From Vermamoeba vermiformis (lineage: Eukaryota): a DNA stretch of 64,000 nucleotides. The translations under genes and the position numbers were made by a program. The stretch spans positions 124,001 to 188,000 of the forward strand of contig JBEWZL010000121.1 in the NCBI GenBank assembly GCA_045837725.1. Reading direction: 5' to 3'. Under the pieces are notes generated by a model. That model searched no databases. It was not told where the DNA came from and saw only the letters and a list, made by a program, of their open reading frames with translations. Positions 48,201 to 62,951 of this stretch are shown here, piece after piece (position 1 is the stretch's first letter; each line of letters starts with the position of its first letter).

Positions 48201-51200
48201 CAACAAGTCAACGACCCGCCATTCTACACTTCTCTTCCCGCTGCTGTTCCTGATGTTGAAATGTTGCCTTGCCCTGAATACGACACTTTGGCTTTCTGCC
48301 CAGTGATTGCTATTCTCGATGAGGACTCAAACATTGCAATCAATCCTGGCTTCTCTATTGGCAATTATGATCCTTACCGTAAGTCATTAAAGTTACTGAA
48401 GCAGCTTCACCACGGTCTAATACTCATCCAGATTACATCGAGATTCAAGCCGATCTGTTGCAGCAACTACGAGCTTATGCCAAGAACGAGTACAAGAGTA
48501 AGTCTTAGAATGAATTGATTTGCATTTGAACGCATTTTGACGTGTTACAGACGTCTTGGTTAACAACGGCACGAAGCCAATGAGCGGCGGAAAGACTGGT
48601 GGTGGCAGCGGTAGTTTCTTGAAGTTTAATCCCAACGCCGCAGTCACTGTCTCTCAAGGCAATGTCACGGAAGGCTCGTCCTCGTGGGTCATGTCCGTTG
48701 AACACAACCTCGCTGCCATCAACTCGAGCTTGCAAGACATTAAATACATCCCGTTCTTGAACTTCAACGGCTACGAGACCTTCATCTTCCGGTTGAAAGA
48801 TCACTTTGTTGAAGATGCACGTGGCTTTGTGATTCAAGTTGACGCTGTCAATGACGCTCCGATCATCAGTTTGATGAACGTCGTAAGTAGTCATAAAAAT
48901 AATTTTTCCACCGATGTTCTAATGGCTCGTATTAGCCGTATTGGGGCCTCTTGCCTTCAAATGATGACTGGATGCAAGGCGCTGAAGATATCGTCTATAA
49001 TATCAGCTACATCTACCCCATGAACACTCCTATCGAGATCCGCAGCATTATTATCGACGATGCTCAAGAAGATCCTAACGCCGCTTTGCACGTTCAAATC
49101 AACGTGACTAACGCCAGAGTTAAATTGCCGTACGTCTTATTCTTGAATTATTAGGCGAATGCAATCCTAAATTATGATTTTTTGACAGTACTGCCAACGG
49201 TCTTGTTTTCTTGAACTCGACGTCTAACGGTGACAAATTCTTCATTTTCACTGGTCCCTTCAAGTCCATCCTCGCTGCAATGAACACTTTCACCGTGGTT
49301 CCTGACACGAACTACATCGGTTACATTGACTTGCGTGTCGACGTCAACGACAACGGCTTCACTGGCAAAGGTCTGCCACAGTCTGCTTTCGTCAACTTGA
49401 CCTTCTTGATGGAGGGCGATGTCATGGGCTGCTGTCTGCCTGAAGGCTGCTTCGATAACTTATCGCCAACTGTCTGCTCAACTGTCGGTGGCCGTCCTAC
49501 CAAAGATTGCAAGTCAGCTACTTTCTGTGAACCAGTAAGTCTTAGATAATCTTCAAAGATATCAATAGTTATATCTAACGTTCTATAGCGTACTCCTGAA
49601 TTCCCTGGTGCCTGCTGCTTGTCTTCGAGCAAACAGTGCCTTGATCAGGTCTCGTCTGAAACTTGTGCCCTGCTCGGCGGTGTGTTCGAGTACAAGGGCC
49701 AATGTTCGCCTGACCGAGTTTGCACTCCTGTAGCTGCGTAAGTACTTCACTTTAATCGACCTATAAAGTACTAATTCAATGCTCTAGTCCTCCTCCACCA
49801 AATCCGCCAGTCTATGTTCGTCCTCCTGTCGAACAAGTCGGCCCTAAGATTGATCCTACTTGGCAACGAGAGTGCAAAACACCACTCAAGCCTCCTACTC
49901 GTGATGGTTTCAAGGTCTACGAAAGCGTCATTGAGACCCTTGCTGGCGCCTACGTTCAAGTTGAAATCTACGCCCCGAACTATCCTGACCGAATCATCAA
50001 CGCCTATTTGACTAACTGGGATGGCAAGCGCTGTGACGTGAAGATCGAATGGACCAAGTACTACTCACACGATTGCAGCACTGTCATTCTCGTGGCTTAC
50101 TTCCGCTACAACCAAATCATTGACACCTGTCCTACTCTCGTCAACGTAAGTTTTAACCATGGTTTACAAATAGGACACAGGCTCATTAAGTTCATTTAGG
50201 CCACGCAATACAACGGCAATCCAGTCTGGATGTACTTCTACAAGTGGTTGATTCGCACGACAGATAATCTTCTCATGCCCGATGGCACGCTCAAGCAGAC
50301 CAGCGCAAGCGCTCAAGCAGTATGGCGATTGATCTTGCCTCGCAGCACTCTCGCCAAGCCAATCATGCGCACCATGTCCAACGTCGTGGGCTACCTCCCC
50401 GCTGACTTCATTTTGCAACGCAGCAGATCCGTGAACGCGATTCATCAAAGCGATGCTTCAGTCTCGGCTCAGACCACCTTTTCCAACGCCAAGCTCCTGA
50501 CCGATCCCAATAGAGTCTCGTACACGGCTACAACTGTCGTCGGGTATCCCTATCAAGTGTCACAAACCTACTTCGTCTTGTCGTCTGATGAAGTTTTGGC
50601 ACCGAACGTCACTGCGGACACTAAACAAAGCTGCGGCACTGATCAAACCTCTTGCACGCAGACTTGGAGCGTGGAGGTCACTTTGGAGGACAATCAATGC
50701 GACTTCTTGTTGATTGGTTACTTCGTCAGCGAGTTAGAATGCGCCGTTCAAAACGCACAAGCATGCCCTGCCGCTGGATCTAAGGTCTTGACTGTAGTCA
50801 GCTTGGGTGTGAAAGACAGTAACGCCTTGTGTCCTCAGCCTATGAATGGTAAGTCACTCTCTTTGACATTTTTGACGCGTGTCTAACTTGACATTTTTAG
50901 ACTACCCCGAGACTATGAACATGGAACTTCACTCATGGCACGACGCTAATTTGACTGAGCCTAAACAAGACTTCAATGTGGGCGAGGACAGCTTCTGGAA
51001 CCTCAAACTTGACTTCGATCCACCCTTGGTTGGCGCGTCAGTGAGCAAGGTCTACTTGTGCATTGACGACGAGTCTGTTAAGGTCGCCGAACAAGGCTGC
51101 CAAGCTGGTCAACGCCGTGTTGATGTCACCGACTACGACATTGATGACAGCGAGTTCTCATCGTCGCAACAGATCAAGGTGCGCGTGCACGTTGACAGCT

Positions 51201-51541
51201 CCTTTGCGACATCACTGGTCGAAGCTGAACTGCACGTATTGTTCAGTGTCGAGCGCCGATTGACTAACGCCAACTACGAGCAACAACTGTACTACAAGTT
51301 GACTGACAGTGATCTCGCCATGAGTGCCCCATTCACCGTCAATGTGTTGCCCGACGGACCTTCGACGAGTTTCACACCAGATGGCAGTACGAATGCTGAC
51401 AAGTTCCCTGACTGGGCCATTGCAGTTATAGTGATTGGCAGTGCCTTGATCATTGGTGGCGTGATTACGTTGACCGTGTTGATGGTGAAACGAAGAAACA
51501 ATAAGAAGAGCTCCTCAGACACCAAGATCGAAATGAAGTAA
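39258..51541 (+). CDS. Giant type-I membrane protein (roughly 3,300-3,500 aa, estimated): vitellogenin/LLTP-like N-terminus, TSP type-3 repeats, two LamG-like domains, cadherin/Ig-like VNDAP repeats, Cys-rich repeats, ZP-like region, TM; apparent frameshift near 41110
   Basis: Signal MRSSLRLALLMVVLAVAVNA. LNLKRGLLSSLQ, ETDVA|GECPTSF, KIVLIRALGNT (vitellogenin-N-like). DRCDNCPFTANDDQVDTDGDGVGDAC (TSP3). WKFDE..WHHVVLT..GQLDDVQIY (LamG). Repeated VNDAP/VNDPP and DNGNTG/DNGNFG/DNGFTG. GCCL/GACC repeats. TM WAIAVIVIGSALIIGGVITLTVLMV followed by KRR. Confidence 0.8.
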
Positions 51542-52047
51542 CAAAGTCATTTCAATTTCATCACTTTGCATTTAATTTACGACCAATAATAAAGCTTATT
51601 AAGCTATTAGTAGATTCTTTCAATTACGAACTACCGTGCGATCTAAATTTAGACACCTGCCCACAAAAACTTCCGCGAGAATTCTCAACTCATTTTTTTG
51701 TCAGCTACTGCTATCACCACAGCAGATATTGTTTGTTGTTATATCTTATATATTTGATTACCTTGCCACCTTAGCTTCGATCGGTAAGTTGTTCGTTTGA
51801 AGACACCGCCAAATAATTTTGCTTTACATATGTTCTTAGCTGCAATTATCTGACGGATATAGTGTATTACAACGGCATTTAATACGTGTATTCTGTGAAT
51901 ATTCCAATTTTTATTTTGATTTTAGTCTTTATCGATTGTATTTTTCTAATATCTTACTAATTGCCAGGCCGATCTTATTTAATTTAATAAGTGATGAGAT
52001 TCTAATATCATTATTTTTTATTTTCACAGCCAATTCAATTTCACAAG

Positions 52048-52803
52048 ATGTCCTCATCCGATACTGTTCAATCACTTCAAGAGTTGCTCAATATGGGCTT
52101 TATTCAGCAAGAAGAATTTAACAAAAGACGTGCTGCTTTAAATTCATCAAACTCAATTCCAGTGCAAGACTTCAAATCCATCAAACAAGCAGCACCTGTA
52201 CCTACCTCTAGCAACTCCGGATCTACAATTTATTTCAACGATCCGACTGGCAGATACGCATGCTTCTCTAACCACTATATGACATCTATTTATATTGACG
52301 GCAAACAATGGCCCTCAACGGAACATTACTTCCAGGCCATGAAATTCACTACGCCGCTGTATCAAGACAAAATCAGAATGGCGAGCACCACAGAAGAGGC
52401 TAAGCAATTAGGCTACGCTAAGAGACCAGATTTCCGCGCTAATTGGGATGTAAGTAGTTTTCATGAATCGGATCGAAATCCGTTACAAAGTCGTTGAACG
52501 GCGGATTAATGTCACATTTTTATATAGACGTCGAGAATATCATTCATGCGTAGTGCTCAAGAGGCTAAATTCGATTTGGACGAATGCAGAGAAGTGTTAG
52601 TGAGCACTGGTAATGCACCTCTCGTTTATAGAAGCGACACCGGTAAGAGTTATTGAAACCTACATTAATGAGCTTATTATTAACGATATTAATATTTAGA
52701 TGACTATTGGGGCGATGGATCGAACAGACAAGGTCAAAATATGCTCGGCAAATTGTTGATGGAGATCCGAGAGAACTTCAGCGACTCTGCTTACATCAAT
52801 TAA
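52048..52803 (+). CDS. NADAR (YbiA/DUF1768) domain protein with an N-terminal SHOCT-like segment
   Basis: LQELLNMGFIQQEEFNKRR (SHOCT-like), YACFSNHY, WPSTEHYFQAMKF, RPDFRANWD, LVSTG, DDYWGDG..GQNMLGKLLMEIR. Confidence 0.9.
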
Positions 52804-53106
52804 TGTAGTTTAATACTGTACGATACTTAAGGAACGTAAAAATAGATTTTATAATGCCAATGTAGCGGTACATTACGATATCAGGTCTATGTCAGACTGT
52901 AACAAAACTAGCTTGCCTCGCCGTAGTAAAAATGATACATTAAGATGTACTTTTGATATACAGCGTTTGTTAATTATCATTTTTGTCCGAGGTGCTTTTT
53001 CGATCGAGTAAACAACAGAATTATCTTTTCTGTTGCTCGGATAGAGCAACACTTGAACTTTTATGCGTGCAACCAAGCTCGATTAATTATATCTCAGACA
53101 GAACTA

Positions 53107-54376
53107 ATGGAGGTACGATAACACGCTACAAAATTGCTAAACTGAGATAGAGTACTTTAGAGTGATCTCGGTCTCATGTTTTTTCTTGACGCTGAAAAAA
53201 TTAAAACTTGCTTCGATTATTGCTATAATATTATTTCTCGGCACTTAGAGCGCTACAAAAAAATTGATAAATTAATTATTTATTTTTTCGCTATTTCTGA
53301 CTTGACTCAAGTTATTGACGATCGTTATATTCGCAGCGTTTTCCATGGAACGCGACTAATACGACTTATTATGCACAACCACCGACAGTTATCGATGTTG
53401 ACATGGATTTGGAAGATGGCCAAGTCCCTTCTACAAATAATACTAATGGAGTAGCTGCGGGTGCCTATTATCCACATTATGCATATGTAGCACCAGTAGC
53501 ATCGGTTACGCCATCTTTCATCATTCCAGAGGCCCCAGATACATACGATCCGTCGCACGATTATTTTGACGTAAGATCTGACCACCAATGAAAATCTTAC
53601 GCGGGATTATAACAATTATGAATAGGAATTCAAGTTGAAAGCTACAGCAGACGAGTTTGATCCTAACAGGACGTACAGATCTGTTTCGTTGGCGCCAACT
53701 ATCGATGGACGAACAGTGCTATCGCTCGACACTTCCAAATCGTTCTATAAATCCTGGAAATCATTTGTCAACGGTACTTTATTCGCTGGATCACTAGAGA
53801 AGAAGTGGCACGGCAATTTTAGGATTGGAAATGATCAAGTCGATCAGATCGCAGTCTATCATTTCTCAGAATCAGTTGGCAATGAAATTAATACAATATT
53901 GTAAGCAATATGCTAATTACAAGCGTGCAGGAATCGAAATTTATGTTAAAATTCCGTTACGGATCGCGATCTTCTGACGTCTTATGCATACTTACATTTA
54001 ATTTCCTATAGGAGAAACGATGCGGCGCTTATTGTAACAGGCACCTTGTCGCTAGAAAAATTATCGGTTTTGTTGCCGTCTGATTTCTGCATCGTCATGC
54101 TGGCCATGGGTCCAACGCCTCAAAAACGAATTTTTGACAATTTTCTGACTTACCTAGCGAAAAACAAACAAGTAAGTACTGCCAATATTACTATTATATA
54201 TTATATATTATATATAGTATATTTGTATTTACTTTTTGTTTCGTTAGGCTGGAGTCGCGTACTTGCCAACCAACGACATTTTGTACATAATTCCGCCAAT
54301 GTCAGACTTCATGAGTCGCGTGTTTGGTATTAAGACCGATAAAGTATTCGGATTATTGCAGTACGCGCCGTCGTAA
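53107..54376 (+). CDS. Small SPOC-domain-like protein
   Basis: Spliced C-terminus KWHGNF...IVTGTL...FDNFLTYLAKNKQ|AGVAYL..LYIIPP matches the SPOC pattern. The first exon (ATG GAG) is uncertain. Confidence 0.65.
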
Positions 54377-54498
54377 GCAGATCCAGGAATTGAGTTTCTT
54401 TCATGAAACTGAAAAATGTAAATAAAATTGTACTATTAATTTACAAGGCTGTTTATTATTTGTTTAATATATACAAGGCGTTAATAATTACAATGGTA

Positions 54499-54874
54499 TT
54501 ATTTGTCTTCATTTTCTAGCTCGACTTGCTCCTCTATTTCAGTTTGTGTCAAGTTTTTCGTGCTCGCATTTGTGGCCTCGGATCGGTATCTATAAATAGT
54601 GCCCATTTGCATAATTAACGCACCTGCGCCCAAGAACGATAAAAAGAGCACGGAGAACTGAAGGGCAAATAATTAGAACTGAATTTTTTATATTTTCAGA
54701 ATCAAAGTGTTTCTGGATTCAGTTGAATAACGTGCTATTTTGCTCACTATGCTAATTGCGTAATTTAATTTTTATTATTAACTTAACTAACGGATCTGAT
54801 CGACACGCAATACTTACTAGCTTCGATCTCGGCTTTGGAGGTGGTCTAGACTTGTATTTAGGTTGTGAGTTCAT
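54499..54874 (-). CDS. ~71-aa single-pass membrane microprotein
   Basis: Two exons give MNSQPKYKSRPPPKPRSKL|FSVLFLSFLGAGALIMQMGTIYRYRSE...ENEDK*, with canonical gtaagt donor and ttcag acceptor. Confidence 0.55.
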
Positions 54875-55226
54875 ATTATTTATTTTGTCTGTGTTATATC
54901 GTGTAGTGATAAGGCAACAATTGACTCCCGAAAAGACGACCAAATTTTGACCGGCAAAAATCTGCCTTGACCGGTTCCCGCGCAAAATTAAAGTTCTAAT
55001 TTGAAACTCAGAGACCACTATAGAGTTTCATTTTGCTTGTAAATATATTTATACTTGTGTTATTACTCATATATAAACGCTATAGCCAAACCAAGTTAAC
55101 TCGATCAGGTAAATCTAGCTTGGGAAACGCTTGGTGTGCTTATAATTATATTATTATTTTAGAATTAAATATTAATTGAATATATAGTGACTAATTAACA
55201 ATATTTGAATAAAAGCGAGATCAAGA

Positions 55227-58200
55227 ATGTCTGGAGATTATTCATCAAAGTCAGAACAGGCGTGGGCCTCGAGCAAAGAGGACATTTATATGAAAAAGCC
55301 CGAGCCTGTTGATCATATAATAGAAGAGTTTGAAAAGAGACGAAATTTAAAACGCAGACGAGAAGCGGAAGAGGAAGAAGAGACTAGTAAGCTCCTATGC
55401 AATTGATTTTATGATGCTTTAATCCACATATTATTTTGAATATAACGGACGCTAAATCGCAATTATTCGTTCGAGATCTAACGTATTTGTAAAGGACGAA
55501 AGCGAGCCAGGATCGAAGAGGAACGCAGCGCCTTCTTCTCCAAGAAAGGTACGATCATTATAAGTATAGATAATTACTAATAGTATGCCTAGGCTATTCG
55601 TTGAAACCTCCAACCGGATCGTGCTTGCACGTAACGTCAAAGAACGGATCGCGCGTCTACGTTGAAATTGCCGATACTGATAAAGAGAATGACAACGAAA
55701 ATAACGCAAAATCAATATGGATGACATCAGGACAAGTGCTTGGTGTTTCAATGCAAGAACTAAGAAAGAGAATAGACGAAGAGGTAAGCTGACCCTGTTA
55801 CGAAACGCTGGATCTGAGCCTGGTCGTTCGGTTTGTGGAAGTAGTGACCCGAACTCTGAGTTGCGGAGCGTCTCGGGCACGACCACACTAACAAGAATGC
55901 ACCGCTTCCCGTCCGATCAGCGAAGTTAAGCTTGTTCAGGCCTTCTTAGTACTGGGGTAGGAGACTACCTGGGAATCGGAGGTGTTGTGCTCTTCTCTTT
56001 TTGCTTTTTGCGACCTTCATAGTGCTTTTTATTCTAAGAGCCAACGTGTGCAACATGCGATCCACATCCGCGTCTGATCTGAGCTTGTCCAATAATAATT
56101 CTTAATTAATTTTTTAGGACAAATTCGAATATTTTGCGCTGAAGGAGAAAGAAGAGCAAAAATTGCTGAAAGAGGCACAAAAGAAACTCGAACAAAGCGA
56201 GGTCGATCCTAATGCACCTCGTGTTCGCGAATCCGAGTTGTGGGTCGACAAGTTCTCTCCCAAACATTTCATGGAACTGCTGAGCGATGAAGTACGTACT
56301 TGTTGCACGAGAGATCTTATTCTATACAGTAACTAACTGATATGACATTAAGAAAACTAATCGCTCCGTCTTAACTTGGTTGAAAGAGTGGGATCCATAC
56401 GTGTTCAACAAACCCTTCGTCAAGCCCTCTACTGGCTCGAGATACACCGCTGGCACAGGTACGAATCAATCAGTCCCAAATGAGCGAGCTCTAACGCGTT
56501 GTCTAGGTGAGGATGGTGGTGCTGTCGAGGCTGATAAGAAGTCACGTCCGTTGAAGAAAGTCATTTTGATCTCTGGTCCTCCTGGCATCGGCAAGACCAC
56601 ATTGGCTCATGTAGTCGCTCGTCACGCTGGCTACGAGCCTATTGAATTCAATGCTAGGTACGAGCTATAAGCCCATATCCAATTAGATACTTATTGACAC
56701 GTGTCATAGTGATGATCGTACAGCGGCTTCGTTCATTCCGAAAGTCATGGACGTCATTGACACACAAACTAGCTTTTCAAAGTCGAACAAGCCTCGTTGT
56801 TTGATTATTGATGAAATTGACGGTGTTGCTGGTGGCGAGAAAGGATCGATCGAATCACTAGTCAAGATTATTGATGAAGTTGTTGACCCCGCAAAAGCGA
56901 GCAAAAAGGTAAGCTATAAATGCAATATCTGATCGTGAGACTAATGCTCGTGCAAATAGAACTATCGTGCACCCAAGGTTCGTCGACCAATCATCTGCAT
57001 TTGCAATGACTTGTACGCACCTGCCTTGAAGCCATTAGTCGAGCGAGCACTCTTGTTCAGATTAGAACCTCCTTCCGTCCAATCTCTCGTCACTCGTCTT
57101 GCATTCATTTGCAAGAAAGAGAATGTTCAGGCTGACTCGCGAACATTGCACGCACTTTGTGAATTGAGCAACAACGACATCAGAGCTTGTTTGAACACAC
57201 TTCAGGTACGTGCTAATAGGCATTATAATATCATATTAACCAGTACTGCAGTTCTTGAGCAAAAAGAAAGAAAAGTCGGTGACAGGCAGCGTTCTTATCT
57301 CGTCAACTTTCGGTCAAAAAGACATTTTAATGAACGTGTTTGACATTTGGCGCGCTGTCTTTTTGAATCAAGAAAAGAGCTCGGCACTCAAATCACTCTT
57401 ACAAGAAGAATTGCGAAACCAACGAAAGAACGAGAAAGGTACGTGGGACATTTTTGACACGCTTTAGAGTCTCTGTATTAACCGTTTCTATAGAGGCTAT
57501 TGGTGCTCCTGTTGCCAAGCCCAAGATCCAGCTCAGCGATTTTGAACGGATCTACAATATGACGGTCAGCAGCGGTGAGCCAGATATTATCATTGATGGT
57601 TGTTTTGAGAACTATTTGGACGTACGGTACTCGGATCACATGATGCAAAAGGTACGTTGAACTAGCCCTTGTAGTGGTTGGCCTCGCGCTAATGCTTCAT
57701 GAAAGACCGTGCACACCATTGACATGATGGAGTTCTATTCTATGATGCAAAAATCTTCGCGCGAAGAAATGTTTTTCAATTTGGAACAGTACACGCCCAT
57801 CGTACCTGTCGCGACGAACATGAACTGTTCTGTGGCACATTTGACCAATAGAATCAACTTCCCGAAGAGCAATCAGCAAGCAAAGTACGCGCAACAAACG
57901 ACAGAAAATATTTTGAAGTCGTTGTTGGACGGCACTAATGCCTTGACACGTCTATTTTTGACACGTGACAACTTGACACGTGACTTCATCTCGGACTTCT
58001 TACGCATAATTTCACCTCATAAGATCCGTCCTGTAAGTACTGCTTCCGATATATATTGCACAAGTAGGTCTCACACCGCGATCCAGGTCTCGGAACATTT
58101 GCTCGAGCCCGAAGAAAAAGAAACGATTCAAAAGTTAGTCAATGTTTATTTGAGCTATGGCTTGACGTTCAAAGAAGAAAAAATCAATTTGGGCCACGAA

Positions 58201-58884
58201 GAAATTGAAAAGAACTTTGTTGAGGAGTTGACCGCGGATGCATCCGGTGAGGGCGAATATGGCAACAAAGCTGCTGTTGGCTCTATGCTGTCTACTGCCA
58301 CCACACCATTCGTATTGGCTCCGTAAGTACCATCTCATAAATTTTTTGCCAAGTTAAACTAATGTCAATATTCTTTAGGCCTGTTGATCGTATTGCTCGC
58401 TTTGAGTCACAACCGATTGAACTTGATCGTTCGAACAACATTCAACGCGAAATTATTGCCGGTCATGTTCTTAAAGAACGTATGGGCAATACTGAGAAAC
58501 GACAGCAAAACCAAGTGTAAGCCAAAAATAGAAAATAATACAAAAATTGGATCTTGATCCAGTAATTTCAGAACTAACATTGCTTGTGTACCTAGTGTTA
58601 AGCCTATTCAACAGAAGGTCGAGCCAGTTGCTGAAAAGAAGCCAGAAGTCAAGCTCGTCGATACTCAATCGGCCATTGCTACAGCTGCAGCACCGAAGAG
58701 TGAAGCGAAGAAAGATCGGATTAAAGACTTCTTTACTAAGTCAACGCCTGCTAGTCAAGCTGCGAAAGCGAAGGCTAGTCAAGCTGCTGCTGCTAAAGCT
58801 GCATTGCCCGTTACATTTAAATTCCAGGAAGGTTTTACCAATGCAGTACGACGTAGCGTGTACGTCAAGGACTTTTTGAATTAG
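55227..58884 (+). CDS. CTF18: Chromosome transmission fidelity protein 18 (alternative RFC large subunit)
   Basis: LWVDKFSPKHFMELLSDE, WLKEWD, LISGPPGIGKTTLAHVVA, EFNA|SDDR, CLIIDEIDG, RRPIICICNDLYAPAL, NDIRACLNTLQ, C-terminal FKFQEGFTNAVRR. Confidence 0.93.
55875..55993 (+). rRNA. 5S rRNA gene (copy 2), inside CTF18 intron 55784-56117
   Basis: Identical by eye to 2259-2377, followed by oligo-T terminators. Confidence 0.95.
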
Positions 58885-59018
58885 TATAGTATATATAATT
58901 AGTATGTTATGTCTTACCTTGTTTTTTTGTCAGTAAGACGGCAAATAAACAATTTTTAAATTTAGCGTTCATTTGTAACGGCGGATCTTGTGCTAATTTC
59001 GACTGTGCATCGTGTAAT

Positions 59019-59931
59019 TTAATCGTCTACGTCGTTTATTACAAATCCTATTAGACATTTTTCCAGCAACGCCTCGCCGTTGACCCAAGGATGAAATTTA
59101 TCTGCGGATCCAAAATTAAAATATTAATGCTGAGCTTAAATAGCCAATAATAGTATAAAATATATATTACCGTATAGTTTAGTGCCATCTCTACCTGCGC
59201 CCTTCATTAAATAATCAACGCCTAAAGATTTAATTAAGCACTTGTTTGGATCTGACGTTCGTTAGTAGCATTACGTACCACCAGGATGAAAGTTCATATA
59301 AGGAGTAATATTATACACTTTTCCACGAAATACCATCCATGCATCGTCTTTTTTATTATGTTTTTTGACTTCGCTCATTGGTACGCGTCTGATCTGTCCT
59401 CCAGTGCCTGCCAAATCCTTGCCTATTATAAAATCATATTAATGTATGTAATGAATATATATTTGATTATTTGACGAAAAGTATTGTTATTGGAAAGTAG
59501 ATTCGGTGTTTTGGATCTGGGATCTCGTACCAGAATGGCTCAATTTAACCCAATCCATTTGAGAATAGCCAGGCTGCAATATAACTTTAAGATTTTTTCT
59601 TCGAACTACGACTGGTGGCTTTTTGAAATTTTTGTCTTCTTTTTCATCGTCAGATCCCTCCATGTTTGGCCCGTTATTGTTATTATTAACAACTGTTTCG
59701 ACAGTAATAGTTGGTGTGGTATTATTTACAGTGATTTGTACAGAATTTACTTCGATGGTTGGCGCCGCATCTGACTTGTTTCTAAAAATAATTAAAATTA
59801 AAATTATATTATCGCCAAAATAAGTCAATATCAATAAAAGTAACAATAATATGCATAAATATTAATTATTTACAGCAATATAATTAAAAATAATTCGAAC
59901 TGTCGGGATGGGCTTACTCTTCGGATGCCAT
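59019..59931 (-). CDS. Cytochrome b5 heme-binding domain protein (Irc21 / CYB5R4-N-terminus-like)
   Basis: [69 protein letters not shown]. Confidence 0.88.
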
Positions 59932-60087
59932 TTCGGTTGCTATTATTTACAATCCTAATTATCGCAATATATACGACTAATATATAAAATACAAATAATA
60001 CACGGGCACCGTTACTTAATCGCGTGGTGCTCTCGTGACACAAAATTGTTAAAAAAGATCGAAACAATTTTATCACGTTAAGCCACA

Positions 60088-60670
60088 ATGAGCAGCACTG
60101 GTTATGTACTATCTCTTTATAGGTCTATATTAAAGGTAAGTGGAGGATAAATAATATAGCTGGAGCTAGTAGTCAGATCTCGTAATATTTTTCCACGTGG
60201 AGCCGCTCAATGCTTCCAAAATATTTTTAAAATTATCTGTACAATTTTATACTATGTATATATAATATTTTAGTACGGATTATTGAATTAGATAAAGCAC
60301 ATTAATTTATAATGATATTATTTTCAGGAGGCCAAAAAAATTCCGACTTACAACAAGCGTCAGTATGTATTAAAGCGTACGAAGCACGAGTTTAGGCTAT
60401 TTAGAGTACGTAAATATAAAATAATACCGATTACTAAGAATTTGGTTCAGATTTAATTTTTTGTTGGTAGATCCCGGATCTAATTTGTTCATTTCTTTTC
60501 AGAACGAAGGTAGTGCAGTTAAGGTCCAAGAACAAATAACGTTCGCAGAAGATAGTCTCGAAAATATTAAAGTCCAAGCTGAACATCTAAGCACAATTTT
60601 GGATCGCGAATCTGACGAGCTGCCAAAAGTAGAAAAATTCGTTGCAAAAGAGAAAAAGACATCTAAATAG
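60088..60670 (+). CDS. LYR-motif (Complex1_LYR) protein
   Basis: Three exons give MSSTGYVLSLYRSILK|EAKKIPTYNKRQYVLKRTKHEFRLFR|NEGS... Confidence 0.8.
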
Positions 60671-60863
60671 ACTACGTATGTATTGTTGTAATTAATTGTA
60701 ATATAAATCCACTAATTCCGCCCTCGATCTGTCCGGGGAGTTCACCGCAAGCAAAAACAAATTTATCAAAAAACAAAGGTACGACCTTCAATTATTAATA
60801 AGTAATCTTAGTCCCTTGCATTATTAATAAGCTACAATAATAGATTGCTTTATTAGCACGTGC

Positions 60864-62413
<1,550 letters not shown>

Positions 62414-62951
62414 GACTATAAATTAATCTAATTTGTGTATTTCCTCGCAAGTTGCTGGCTAAAGTATTTCTTTAAAAATATCGATGAACAAGAACTATTA
62501 GCTGCGGCTTTCAATGAAAAATCATTTCAGTTATTTTTCGCAGTACATTTGGCAATCTGCTCTTAAATTAGCTCAATTAATATCGGAAATGATGCTATGC
62601 TCTCTCGTTGATTTCTGTCCTAGATAGGGGTTCGTTTTGTGTTCTCTCTCTGGCTCCCTTTATTTTATGTCGTTGAATACCATTATATGAAATTAGTCTT
62701 AATGACTTGCCTTCCTCGGCAGTTGACTCAAAAAAAACTGACACAAAATGTTTCTGGTGATAGAATTGACTCGTTTGCTTCCTGTAATCAAACAACATGC
62801 AGCACTAGGATCAGGAACAGTTAGCGACTAATGAGTGGTGCGACTCGTCGCGACATCATGAGTATTTATGAAATTTCAAAGGACACTGTTTGGCACACAA
62901 CGCGTGAATCATTTTCTTGAAAGAACACAATAGACATACACAAATAGTATT

